Assembly: GCA_004552595.1 (NCBI GenBank)
Contig: SFNX01000005.1
Span: 47,496-111,495 of the forward strand
Direction: 5' to 3'
From: Lachnospiraceae bacterium
GTDB taxonomy: Bacteria > Bacillota > Clostridia > Lachnospirales > Lachnospiraceae
DNA: 64,000 nt
A program made the position numbers and the translations under genes. Below, piece by piece: positions 19,679 through 29,130 of the stretch. Every line of letters begins with the position of its first letter. The first letter of the stretch is position 1. The notes below the pieces were generated by a model. The model was not told where the DNA came from and did not search any database. It worked only from the letters and a program-made list of their open reading frames with translations.

Positions 19679-22540
19679 TTGTTTAGCGATTTTAAAGAAT
19701 GGCTGCAAAATACTGCAGTTGTGAGACTGATTTCTTTAATAATCATATTTATCGTATTATTTTCAATCCTTATTAACAGACTCTTTGTTTTTCAGATTGT
19801 TGATGGTCAAAAGTATTTAAATGATTTTACATTAACTATTAAAAAAGAAGCTACGTTAAAATCTACAAGAGGTAATATATACGATAGAGAGGGCCGGCTT
19901 ATTGCATACAATGAGCTGGCATATTCAGTTACAATTGAAGATAATTATGAATCTGGTTCTTCAAAAAATCAGAAAATAAATGATTGTATTCTTAAGACAA
20001 TTGATATTATTGAAGCAAACGGCGATACTGTAATAAATGATTTTAATATAGTACTGAACAACTATAATCAGTTTGAATATGCTGTTTCAGACACTAAATT
20101 ATTAAGGTTTCTTGCGGATGTATATGGCAAGAAGTCTATTGATGATTTATCAACACTTGAACGTAATGCAACGCCTATCGAGGTAATAGAATATTTGTGC
20201 TCTAAGGAAAAATATGGTATCGGTACGAAGGAAGATGTTCACGGAACTGTTTCTTTTAATCCAATGAGAGGATACTCATATGAGGATATATTGAAAATCA
20301 TTACTGTCAGATATTCGATGAGTACAAATGCCTACCAGAAATATGTTACAACTGTTATTGCATCTGATGTTTCAAAAGAAACAGTGGCTGCGATTATGGA
20401 GAATAAAATAGAACTCCAGGGAATAAATATTGAAGAGCATACATTAAGAAAATACAACGATGCAAAATATATTGCTCATATTGTCGGATACACAGGAAAT
20501 GCATCAGTTGATGATCTTGAAGAACTTAAGGGTTCTGAACTGAATTATACTATGAATGATGTTGTCGGAAAAGCCGGTGTTGAAAAGGCTATGGAAGAAC
20601 ATCTTCAGGGTATTAAAGGCAGTGAGACGATATATGTTGATAATGTTGGAAAAATCATTGACCGTACGGACAGAGTAGAGCCGGTTTCCGGTAACGATGT
20701 TTATTTATCGATTGACCTTGAGCTTCAGAAGGCTGTTTACAATATGCTTGAGCAAAAGCTTGCAGGTATTCTGGTCGGAAAAATCATTAATTCTAAAACA
20801 TATGATAATTCTGTAGTTAAGACATCAAGCATGATGATTCCTATAGATGATGTATATTATGCATTTTTTAACAATAATATTATTGATATCGATAGGCTTG
20901 AGAGAGAAAATGCTTCACAGTATGAATCAATAATTTATGAAAGATTCGTTGATAAAAGGAATCGTTCAATAAATGCAATCAGGGAAGAACTTATAAATAC
21001 TTCAACCCCTTATAAAGACTTGTCAAAAGAAATGCAGGTATATGAAAGCTTTATTGTTTCTATGCTTTCTTCAAGTAATAAAGGTGTACTTGTAAGTTCA
21101 TTAGTTGATAAAAATGATGCTACATATATTGCGTGGGCTAAGGATGAAACAATTTCACTCGAACAGTATTTAAGATATGCGTTATCTCAAAACTGGATTG
21201 ACATATCTAAAATAAAGCTTGATTCTAAATATTCAGATGCTGATGTAATATATGAAAGACTTGTTGATTACATCTGTGAGCAGCTTGTTACCGAAAACGG
21301 TTTTTGTAAGAGACAGTTTAAATATATGATTGCCGATAATGAAATATCGGGACGTGAAATCTGCATGCTTCTTTTCGAGCAGAGAATAATATTTGGAACT
21401 GCTGCTGAGAAAGCTGAAGTTGAATCAGGTGCAAAAACGGCATATGATTTTTTAATTAACAAGATATCAAATATTGAAATTACGCCTGCAATGCTTGCGC
21501 TTGACCCTTGTTCCGGCTCTTGTGTTGTAACTTCTACAAACGGCGAAATATTAGCATGTGTTTCTTATCCCGGATATGATAATAATAAGCTTGCTAATCA
21601 GATTGATGCCGAATATTATTCAGAATTAATGAATGATTTATCATCGCCTATGTACAATTATGCAACGCAGCAGATGACTGCACCGGGTTCAACATTCAAG
21701 CCATTATCAAGTGTCATTGCACTTGAAGAGGGAATTGTTAATCCTGGCGAAACTATTTATTGTAAAGGTGTTTATGAAGTTCTTGATATGGAAAAGAAGT
21801 GTTGGGTTTATCCATTAGGTCATGGCGAAATGGATGTTATCAATGCTATCGGTAATTCGTGTAACGTATTCTTTTATGATGTCGGATATCGTCTTGCAAC
21901 AAATGTATATACTGAGAACTATGATGAAAAAAGAGGTATTGAGCGTATGAAAAAATACGCTGATTTATTCGGACTCACAGAGAAAACAGGAGTTGAAACC
22001 GAAGAAAATGAATCCCAGTATTCAAGTACGCTTCCTGTTGATACTGCAATCGGTCAGGGTTCAAGTAATATTACTACAATCGCTTTAGCAAGATATGTAA
22101 ATGCAATTGCGAGCAGAGGAAATGTATATTCACTGTCTTTAGTAAACCGTGTTGCCGATTTAGACGGACATACCGTTAAATTGTACGGACCAAAGCTTAA
22201 AAATACAGTAGATATTTCAGATGAAGAATGGGATATGGTTCACAGAGGTATGAGAATTGTTGTTGAAAAGGCAAAAGCCTTTAGTGATATGCCTATAGAA
22301 GTTGCAGGTAAAACCGGTACGGCACAGTCTTCTAAATCAAGAACAAACCATGCTTTATTTGTAGGATTTGCTCCATATGAAGATCCTGAAATATCAATTG
22401 CAATAAGAATGGCATATGGATATACATCCGGTAATGCAGCAAGTCTTGCGGCTGATGTAATTAAATACTACTATAATCTTGAAGACAATCTTATTACCGG
22501 TGTTGCTGATGTTTCAGAAACAGAAGTTATTGAAGACTAA
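19679..22540 (+). CDS. Class B penicillin-binding protein 2 (elongasome transpeptidase), unusually long
   Basis: 953 aa. TM anchor, then transpeptidase motifs STFK (GSTFKP), SCN (GNSCN) and KTG (GKTGTA). TTG start 2 nt after the mreD stop. Confidence 0.85.
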   Translation: MFSDFKEWLQNTAVVRLISLIIIFIVLFSILINRLFVFQIVDGQKYLNDFTLTIKKEATLKSTRGNIYDREGRLIAYNELAYSVTIEDNYESGSSKNQKINDCILKTIDIIEANGDTVINDFNIVLNNYNQFEYAVSDTKLLRFLADVYGKKSIDDLSTLERNATPIEVIEYLCSKEKYGIGTKEDVHGTVSFNPMRGYSYEDILKIITVRYSMSTNAYQKYVTTVIASDVSKETVAAIMENKIELQGINIEEHTLRKYNDAKYIAHIVGYTGNASVDDLEELKGSELNYTMNDVVGKAGVEKAMEEHLQGIKGSETIYVDNVGKIIDRTDRVEPVSGNDVYLSIDLELQKAVYNMLEQKLAGILVGKIINSKTYDNSVVKTSSMMIPIDDVYYAFFNNNIIDIDRLERENASQYESIIYERFVDKRNRSINAIREELINTSTPYKDLSKEMQVYESFIVSMLSSSNKGVLVSSLVDKNDATYIAWAKDETISLEQYLRYALSQNWIDISKIKLDSKYSDADVIYERLVDYICEQLVTENGFCKRQFKYMIADNEISGREICMLLFEQRIIFGTAAEKAEVESGAKTAYDFLINKISNIEITPAMLALDPCSGSCVVTSTNGEILACVSYPGYDNNKLANQIDAEYYSELMNDLSSPMYNYATQQMTAPGSTFKPLSSVIALEEGIVNPGETIYCKGVYEVLDMEKKCWVYPLGHGEMDVINAIGNSCNVFFYDVGYRLATNVYTENYDEKRGIERMKKYADLFGLTEKTGVETEENESQYSSTLPVDTAIGQGSSNITTIALARYVNAIASRGNVYSLSLVNRVADLDGHTVKLYGPKLKNTVDISDEEWDMVHRGMRIVVEKAKAFSDMPIEVAGKTGTAQSSKSRTNHALFVGFAPYEDPEISIAIRMAYGYTSGNAASLAADVIKYYYNLEDNLITGVADVSETEVIED

Positions 22541-22552
22541 GGGGATGTAATT

Positions 22553-23233
22553 ATGGGTAATTTATGTAAGATTAAGGGAATGAGAGACGGAATTGTCATT
22601 AAACTTGACGATAAGGCTGATTTTAATGAAGTTTACAACGATATGTGTGATAAATTCAGAGAGTCATCCAATTATTTCAAAAATGCGAGTCTTATTATAG
22701 GATTTGAAGGACGCAAATTAACTGAAGAAGAAGAAAACAAATTAGTTGATGGAATCTGTCTTAACTCTGATATTAATGTTCTTTGTGTTATTGGAGACGA
22801 TGATAAGAAGGATGAAATGTTTTTACGATTAAAAAAACACTTCGATCCGACTCATAATTATAAAGACAAGCAGTTTTACAAAGGTTCGGTTCGTTCTCAT
22901 GAGCATCTTGAATCCGATCAGACTATTGTTGTCCTTGGTGATATTAATCCGGGAGGTATTGTCTCGTCTAAGGGGAATATTATTATTTTAGGCACATTAT
23001 ACGGAACTGCACATGCCGGAACAGATGGGAATACAAGTGCTATTGTAGTATGTCTTGACATGAAGACATCGCGTGTTGGAATAGCAGATACTATTGCTGA
23101 TATTACATATAAAAACACCGTTTTTTCAAAAAATAAAGTAATGCCAAAAATATCTTTCTTAGAAGGCAGAGAAGTGGTGACAGAAGATATTACAAGAGAT
23201 TTGTTAAATCTTATTGCAATGCAGCTGAATTAA
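22553..23233 (+). CDS. minC: Septum site-determining protein MinC
   Basis: 226 aa. C-terminal beta-helix repeat VVLGDINPGGIVSSKGNIIILGTLYGTAHAG is typical of MinC. Confidence 0.8.
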   Translation: MGNLCKIKGMRDGIVIKLDDKADFNEVYNDMCDKFRESSNYFKNASLIIGFEGRKLTEEEENKLVDGICLNSDINVLCVIGDDDKKDEMFLRLKKHFDPTHNYKDKQFYKGSVRSHEHLESDQTIVVLGDINPGGIVSSKGNIIILGTLYGTAHAGTDGNTSAIVVCLDMKTSRVGIADTIADITYKNTVFSKNKVMPKISFLEGREVVTEDITRDLLNLIAMQLN

Positions 23234-23234
23234 T

Positions 23235-24359
23235 ATGAAAGAAAAGATTAAAAAACTATTTATTGAATATAATTTCAGAAAATATGATTTCTGGTTATTG
23301 CTCTTAACAATTGCAATCGGAATACTTGGGGTAGTATTTGTCGGAAGTGCTGATAATTCCAATATGGACAGGCAAAAATTCGGGCTTATTTTTGGATTAT
23401 CACTTATGATAATTATTTCATTTTTAAGCTACAGCTTTATCCTGAAGTTTTACTGGGTTATATACGTTGTATGTATTGCAATGCTTGTTCTTGTAAGATT
23501 ATACGGCGATTCCGGAGGTGGCGCGGCACGATGGTTCGAGTTCGGAAGTCTTCGTTTTCAGCCATCCGAGCTTGTTAAAATTTTATTGATTTTATTTTAT
23601 GCACAGTTTATTATGAAGCGTGAGGACAATTTCAATTCTATTAGGAATATTTTGTTTAGTGTTGTCCTTGTTCTGCCGATTTTTTACATGATTTTTGAAC
23701 AGCCTGACTTATCGACTTCAATCATGATTTTAGTCATATTTGGCTCGGTTATGTTTATTGGCGGATTGAAATTAAGTGTAATTTTTGGTGCTCTCATTGT
23801 AGGTGTTCCTTCACTTATCTTTGCCGTAAGCTATCTTATTAAAGATGATGTGACATTGCTTGACACTTACCAGAAAAACCGTATACTAGCATGGCTTCAT
23901 CCTGAACAATATGCTACTACGGAGGCTTACCAGACATTAAATGCCATTACTGCAATCGGTTCCGGCCAGTTGTCCGGAAAAGGACTAAATAATAACGTCA
24001 TTGCTTCCGTTAAAAATGGTAATTTTATTTCCGAAGCACATACAGATATGATATTTGCTGTTATTGGTGAAGAAACGGGATTTATCGGTGCTTGTACCGT
24101 ATTATTCCTTCTTCTGCTTATTGTTATTGAATGCATAAGAGTTGCAATTTCGGCAAAAGATATTGCCGGTTCAATAATTGCAGGTGGAATGGGATGCCTT
24201 ATCGGTTTTCAGACATTTATTAATATTGGTGTTGTTACGGGGTTACTTCCAAATACAGGACTTCCATTACCATTTGTCAGTTATGGATTAACATCTTTAG
24301 TTTCGTTACTGATTGGTATGGGCTTTGTTATGAATGTCAGGTTACAGACACCAAAATAA
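23235..24359 (+). CDS. rodA: SEDS-family peptidoglycan polymerase RodA (FtsW/RodA/SpoVE)
   Basis: 374-aa polytopic membrane protein. Motifs RWFEFGSLRFQPSE, TDMIFAVIGEE and GLPLPFVSYG. Confidence 0.88.
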   Translation: MKEKIKKLFIEYNFRKYDFWLLLLTIAIGILGVVFVGSADNSNMDRQKFGLIFGLSLMIIISFLSYSFILKFYWVIYVVCIAMLVLVRLYGDSGGGAARWFEFGSLRFQPSELVKILLILFYAQFIMKREDNFNSIRNILFSVVLVLPIFYMIFEQPDLSTSIMILVIFGSVMFIGGLKLSVIFGALIVGVPSLIFAVSYLIKDDVTLLDTYQKNRILAWLHPEQYATTEAYQTLNAITAIGSGQLSGKGLNNNVIASVKNGNFISEAHTDMIFAVIGEETGFIGACTVLFLLLLIVIECIRVAISAKDIAGSIIAGGMGCLIGFQTFINIGVVTGLLPNTGLPLPFVSYGLTSLVSLLIGMGFVMNVRLQTPK

Positions 24360-24382
24360 TATAAATATTTAAGGAGAATGGT

Positions 24383-24778
24383 ATGAATATTGGATTAATT
24401 GCACATGATTCTAAGAAAAAGCTTATGCAGAATTTGTGTATAGCATATATGGGCATATTATCAAAACATGAATTATTTGCTACAGGTACTACGGGGAGAC
24501 TAATTGAAGAGGTAACAAATCTTACTGTCCATAAATATCTTGCCGGACATCTTGGCGGAGAACAGCAAATTGGTGCACAAATTGAGCATAATGAAATTGA
24601 TGTACTGATTTTTCTTCGTGATCCTTTGTCACCTAAATCACATGAACCTGATGTTGCATATCTATTAAGATTATGTGATATGTATAACATCCCACTTGCA
24701 ACAAACCTTGCTACCGCAGAATTATTGATTAAGTCACTTGAAAGAGGAGATATTGAGTGGCGTGAGATGTATAAATAA
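24383..24778 (+). CDS. mgsA: Methylglyoxal synthase
   Basis: 131 aa with IALIAHDSKKK-type N-terminus, ATGTTG, and GGEQQIGA. Confidence 0.9.
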   Translation: MNIGLIAHDSKKKLMQNLCIAYMGILSKHELFATGTTGRLIEEVTNLTVHKYLAGHLGGEQQIGAQIEHNEIDVLIFLRDPLSPKSHEPDVAYLLRLCDMYNIPLATNLATAELLIKSLERGDIEWREMYK

Positions 24779-25742
24779 AAATCTTAAAGTTGTTTTATGT
24801 CTTTTGGTAATTTGTGCGTGCTTATCCGGTTGCAAAATTAATGAGTATGACCTGCCATATGATGTAAACAGCAATATAAGTGCATATAGTTTCGGAAGTA
24901 CTCAGTCTGACAAAATGCTTACTTCATTTGCAAGTAATATTTGTGTTGTTAATGAAGATGTTAATTCTGATAAGGCTGATATTCCACGTACTGAAGCGGG
25001 TTGTCTGTTTAATAGAACAGATAATACTACTGTTTATGCAAAATCGGCAAATGTTAAGCTTCATCCGGCATCTACTACAAAAGTAATGACAGCTATTCTT
25101 GCGTTAAAATATGGTAAGCTTGATGATATTTTAACTGCATCCGAAAACGTAGAAATAAAAGAATCCGGTGCTCAGCTTTGTGGATTCAAGCAAGGAGACA
25201 AGGCGACGTTGGAACAAGTTCTTTACGGATTATTATTATATTCCGGTAATGACGCAGGTGTCATGATAGCAGAGTATGTCTCCGGATCAGAGGAAGCATT
25301 TGCAAAGCTTATGAATGACGAGGCTAAAAAGCTTGGAGCAACAAATACAAATTTTGCGAATGCCCATGGACTTACCGATGACAGTCATCTTACTACAGCT
25401 TATGATTTGTATATTATATTTAATGAAGCACTGAAATACGATAAATTCAAAGAAATAATAAATACTAAGACATATAAAACAAGCTATTCATCTGCAAACG
25501 GCGGAACCAAAAACTTAGATATAGAAAATACTAACAGATTTATCAATGGCAAGTATTCTGCGCCATCAGGGGTAACTGTAATTGGTGGTAAAACCGGTAC
25601 TACAAAAGCTGCCGGAGGATGCCTTTTATTATATTCAATAAACAGCAGTTCAAATGATGAATATATTTCTGTTGTAATGAAATCGGAAAATGTTGATTCA
25701 ATGTATGAAGATACGTCATCATTACTAATTCTTGAGAATTAA
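24762..25742 (+). CDS. Serine-type D-Ala-D-Ala carboxypeptidase (S11, PBP5/DacB-like) lipoprotein
   Basis: Motifs STTK (PASTTKVMTA), SGN (YSGNDAG) and KTG (GKTGTT). Lipobox LSGC. Start taken at the GTG at 24762, 11 nt after AGAGGAGA; the track ORF begins at the TTG at 24738. Confidence 0.82.
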   Translation: MRCINKNLKVVLCLLVICACLSGCKINEYDLPYDVNSNISAYSFGSTQSDKMLTSFASNICVVNEDVNSDKADIPRTEAGCLFNRTDNTTVYAKSANVKLHPASTTKVMTAILALKYGKLDDILTASENVEIKESGAQLCGFKQGDKATLEQVLYGLLLYSGNDAGVMIAEYVSGSEEAFAKLMNDEAKKLGATNTNFANAHGLTDDSHLTTAYDLYIIFNEALKYDKFKEIINTKTYKTSYSSANGGTKNLDIENTNRFINGKYSAPSGVTVIGGKTGTTKAAGGCLLLYSINSSSNDEYISVVMKSENVDSMYEDTSSLLILEN

Positions 25743-25746
25743 TAGG

Positions 25747-25775
25747 TTGTGTTTTTGTACAAAATAAACTATAAT
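25747..25775 (+). promoter_or_regulatory. Putative sigma-A promoter
   Basis: TTGTGT (25747-25752), 17-nt spacer, TATAAT (25770-25775), upstream of the mini P-loop gene. Confidence 0.35.
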
Positions 25776-25833
25776 CAGAATATGAAATTGAAGTAGAAAT
25801 ACTTTGAAATATCACTTTAAAGGAGGACCTTTA

Positions 25834-26256
25834 ATGGTACACTTAATCGTAGGAGAAAAAGGTAAAGGTAAGACAAAACATCTTTTAGACAAGGTTAACA
25901 GTGCCGTCAAGACTGCTTCTGGCAATATTGTATATCTTGATAAGAATTCAAAGCATATGTATGAATTAAAGAATGCAATACGTTTAATTGCCACATCAGA
26001 ATATCCTATCAGCAATACGGATGAATTTATGGGATTTATCTGTGGTATTGTTTCACAGGATCATGACATTGAAGAGATGTATTTAGACAGCTTCAGAATT
26101 GTTGCATTCATTGATGATGATAATAAAATTAAAGCTGTTTTAGATAAGCTTTCTAAGATAAGCGATCAGTTTAAGGTTAACTTCACAATCAGCATTTCAG
26201 TTGATGAATCAGAAGTACCGGCTGAGTATAAATCAAATATTATTGTTTCACTTTAA
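25834..26256 (+). CDS. Minimal (140-aa) P-loop NTPase of unknown function
   Basis: Walker A GEKGKGKT at residues 6-13. AGGAGG 7 nt upstream of the ATG at 25834. Candidate Walker B EMYLDSF. Followed by a terminator. Confidence 0.7.
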   Translation: MVHLIVGEKGKGKTKHLLDKVNSAVKTASGNIVYLDKNSKHMYELKNAIRLIATSEYPISNTDEFMGFICGIVSQDHDIEEMYLDSFRIVAFIDDDNKIKAVLDKLSKISDQFKVNFTISISVDESEVPAEYKSNIIVSL

Positions 26257-26273
26257 TTAAAATTATTTTTTAG

Positions 26274-26300
26274 AAAAGCCTCGTAAATCGAGGCTTTTCT
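26274..26300 (+). terminator. Rho-independent terminator
   Basis: 10-bp stem AAAAGCCTCG / CGAGGCTTTT with a 5-nt loop. The T-tract is partly inside the stem. Confidence 0.6.
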
Positions 26301-26343
26301 AATGTTGTGTAAGAATAACGGTAATTATATCGTTTTAATATAA

Positions 26344-27834
26344 ATGGCAGGAAATAAAAGTAAACACCCTGAAAGAAGAAAACAAAGGGTGCCTGAAAAC
26401 AAAAAAAGAAAACAGCGTCAATCAAAAAAAGTCAGAAATGATAAAAATCAAAGAAATGACAACGTTGTAGTGTACAAGCCTCCGGTTAATATTAATCTGG
26501 GACTTGGTATTTTTGTATTGCTGATTGGTTATCTGGCAATTATTATTATTTCATATTTAAAAAGTAAACCTATCACACCATATGAAGTATCTATGGGTTC
26601 TCTTGCTGTTAATAACACATATACCGGTGTGGCTTTAAGAGAAGAAGTACTTGTAAGTGCTGATTATTCAGGATATGTAAATTATTATGCCCGAGAAGGA
26701 GAGAAGGTCTCAAAGGGGACTATGATTTATACTATTGACTCTACCGGAAAACTCTCTGATGTTGTAGGGACTGATAATACAAGTGAAAATAAACTGTCTG
26801 ACAATGATTTGTTTGAAATAAAGAGCGATATTTCCGAATTCGCCAACAGCTTTGATCCTATCAATTTTAATCATACATATAATTTCAAATACGATATCGA
26901 AGGAACTGTATTAAAGCTTGAAAATTACAGAGTATTATCCGGTATTGAGAAAATAAATTCTGCAAATTATTCAGATGCAGTAAGCTTTGGCTATGCGCCT
27001 ACATCAGGTGTATTAGTATATGCAGTTGATGGGTATGAACAGTTAAAGGCTGAAGACTTAACTCCGGAAATGCTTGATTCAACTCAATATGTTCGTTCAC
27101 AATTTCATTCAGGAGACCTTATAGCTGATAATGATAATGCATATAAGCTTGTAACAAGTGAAAACTGGTCAATTGTTATTGAAATTGATGAAGCAAGAGC
27201 TAAAGAACTTGAAGATGAAACATATGTTGAAGTAAGATTCCTTAAAAATAATTATAAATCATGGGCTGCAACAACAATTCTTCATCAAAATGGAGCAACG
27301 TATTTAAAGCTTGATTTTAATAATTCTATGATAACATTTGCATCTGACAGATTTATTGAGATAGAGCTATTGTTAAATACACAAAGCGGACTTAAGATTC
27401 CAAATTCCGCAATTGTCGAAAGAGCCTTTTATCTTATTCCTGAAAAATATTATACCGAAGGCGGAAGTCAGGGGAATCCCGGATTTATCAGAGAATCATA
27501 TTTAGAGGATGGTTCTAAATCAACTGAATTTGTCGATGCGGAAGTATATGCGTTTGTAGACGGCTACTACTATGTTGATGAATCGTTATTTAATGTTGGC
27601 GATAAGCTACTAATGCCTGATTCCGAAGCAACATATACTGTAAGTAAGCAGGATACACTTGTAGGCGTATTCAATATTAATAAAGGATATGCTGATTTTA
27701 AAGAAATCACTATTCTTAATGCCAATGATGAATATTCCATTGTTAAATCCAATTCAGAATATGGACTTAATGTTTATGACCATATTGTTCTAAAAGGTGA
27801 TACAGTATCTGATAGAGATTTTATATATGAGTAA
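26344..27834 (+). CDS. Membrane-anchored protein with highly basic N-terminal tail; possibly HlyD/barrel-sandwich adaptor-like
   Basis: 496 aa. Residues 1-45 are Lys/Arg/Gln-rich (KSKHPERRKQRVPENKKRKQRQSKKVRNDKNQRND), followed by one TM helix and a large extracytoplasmic domain. The HlyD-like call comes from memory of homologue annotations and is not motif-proven. Confidence 0.55.
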   Translation: MAGNKSKHPERRKQRVPENKKRKQRQSKKVRNDKNQRNDNVVVYKPPVNINLGLGIFVLLIGYLAIIIISYLKSKPITPYEVSMGSLAVNNTYTGVALREEVLVSADYSGYVNYYAREGEKVSKGTMIYTIDSTGKLSDVVGTDNTSENKLSDNDLFEIKSDISEFANSFDPINFNHTYNFKYDIEGTVLKLENYRVLSGIEKINSANYSDAVSFGYAPTSGVLVYAVDGYEQLKAEDLTPEMLDSTQYVRSQFHSGDLIADNDNAYKLVTSENWSIVIEIDEARAKELEDETYVEVRFLKNNYKSWAATTILHQNGATYLKLDFNNSMITFASDRFIEIELLLNTQSGLKIPNSAIVERAFYLIPEKYYTEGGSQGNPGFIRESYLEDGSKSTEFVDAEVYAFVDGYYYVDESLFNVGDKLLMPDSEATYTVSKQDTLVGVFNINKGYADFKEITILNANDEYSIVKSNSEYGLNVYDHIVLKGDTVSDRDFIYE

Positions 27835-27843
27835 GGATTACAT

Positions 27844-28536
27844 ATGATTAAAGATAACATTATTATAATTAAAAATGAAATTATAGAAGCATTAAAAAAA
27901 TCCGGTAGAAACGAAAATGAAGCATCGCTTATTGCAGTCTCTAAAACAAAGCCTGTAAATATGATTAAGGAAGCATATGATTGTGGGATGAGAGATTTTG
28001 GCGAAAACAAGGTTCAAGAACTCGTTGACAAATATGACAGGCTGCCAAATGATATCAGATGGCATTTAATAGGTCATCTTCAGACTAATAAAGTCAAATA
28101 TATTATTGATAAAGCATATTTGATTCATAGCGTTGATTCATATAAACTTGCAAAAGAAATAAGTAAAGAAGCATTAAAGAAAAATGTTACCGCAAATATT
28201 CTTATTGAGGTAAACGTAGCTTCAGAAGAATCAAAGTATGGCGTAAGTGTTGAAGAATGTGAATCTTTAATCATTTTAATATCAAAACTACCTGGAATTT
28301 GCATTAAAGGATTAATGACTGTTGCACCTTTCGTTAAAAATGAAGAAGACAACAGACTGGTCTTTAGGAAATTAAAGCAATTATTTATTGACATTAAAGA
28401 GAAAAACATAGATAATGTATTTATGGAAATTATGTCTATGGGTATGTCCGGTGATTATCGGGTCGCAGTAGAAGAAGGGGCTACTTATGTACGTGTAGGC
28501 ACTAAGATTTTCGGTGAACGTAACTATAATCTTTAG
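27844..28536 (+). CDS. yggS: YggS/YlmE-family PLP homeostasis protein
   Basis: 230 aa. PLP-lysine context LIAVSKTKP. Motifs WHLIGHLQTNK and MSMGMSGDY. Confidence 0.9.
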   Translation: MIKDNIIIIKNEIIEALKKSGRNENEASLIAVSKTKPVNMIKEAYDCGMRDFGENKVQELVDKYDRLPNDIRWHLIGHLQTNKVKYIIDKAYLIHSVDSYKLAKEISKEALKKNVTANILIEVNVASEESKYGVSVEECESLIILISKLPGICIKGLMTVAPFVKNEEDNRLVFRKLKQLFIDIKEKNIDNVFMEIMSMGMSGDYRVAVEEGATYVRVGTKIFGERNYNL

Positions 28537-28576
28537 TATTATTTTGGGGAGATAAGTGAAATAAAGGAGAATTAAA

Positions 28577-29083
28577 ATGGGATTTATGGATAAACTTCTC
28601 GGATCAATGCATTACGATGATGATTTTGATGACGATGAAGAATATTATGATGATGACGAAGTCGAAGAGGCGCCAAGAAAATCAAGAGCCATGAGATCTG
28701 CGGATATGGATGACGATTACGAAGAGCCTAGAAAATCCTCAAGATCAACCTATAATGGCCCTAGAAAAGGAAGCGCCAAGACAATGTCAAATGGGATGCA
28801 GGTCGTTGTAATTAAGCCTACATCGGTTGACGAAGCAAGAGAGATAACTCAGACTCTTTTAGAAAATCGTACTGTAGTACTTAATATGGAAGGACTTGAT
28901 ATGGACATTGCTCAGCGAATCATAGATTTTACTTCGGGTTCTACATATGCTATAGATGGCACTTTACAGAAAATATCAAATATGATTTTTATTGTTACAC
29001 CTAAGAGTGTTGGTGTTTCTGGGGATTTCCAGGAAATATTGGCAGGTCAGTTTGATGTTCCATCGCTAAGAAACAAGTTTTAA
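28577..29083 (+). CDS. sepF: Cell division protein SepF
   Basis: 168 aa. Acidic disordered N-terminus, then the DUF552 core (VVVIKPTSVDEAREITQTLLENRTVVLNMEGLD, IDFTSGSTYAIDG). Follows ylmE as in other Firmicutes. Confidence 0.88.
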   Translation: MGFMDKLLGSMHYDDDFDDDEEYYDDDEVEEAPRKSRAMRSADMDDDYEEPRKSSRSTYNGPRKGSAKTMSNGMQVVVIKPTSVDEAREITQTLLENRTVVLNMEGLDMDIAQRIIDFTSGSTYAIDGTLQKISNMIFIVTPKSVGVSGDFQEILAGQFDVPSLRNKF

Positions 29084-29087
29084 ATTT

Positions 29088-29118
29088 ATCCCCCTTATTT
29101 AGGGGGATTTTTTGTTTT
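29088..29118 (+). terminator. Rho-independent terminator
   Basis: Stem ATCCCCCT / AGGGGGAT with a 5-nt loop, followed by TTTTTGTTTT. Confidence 0.8.
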
Positions 29119-29130
29119 GGAGGATTTTAT

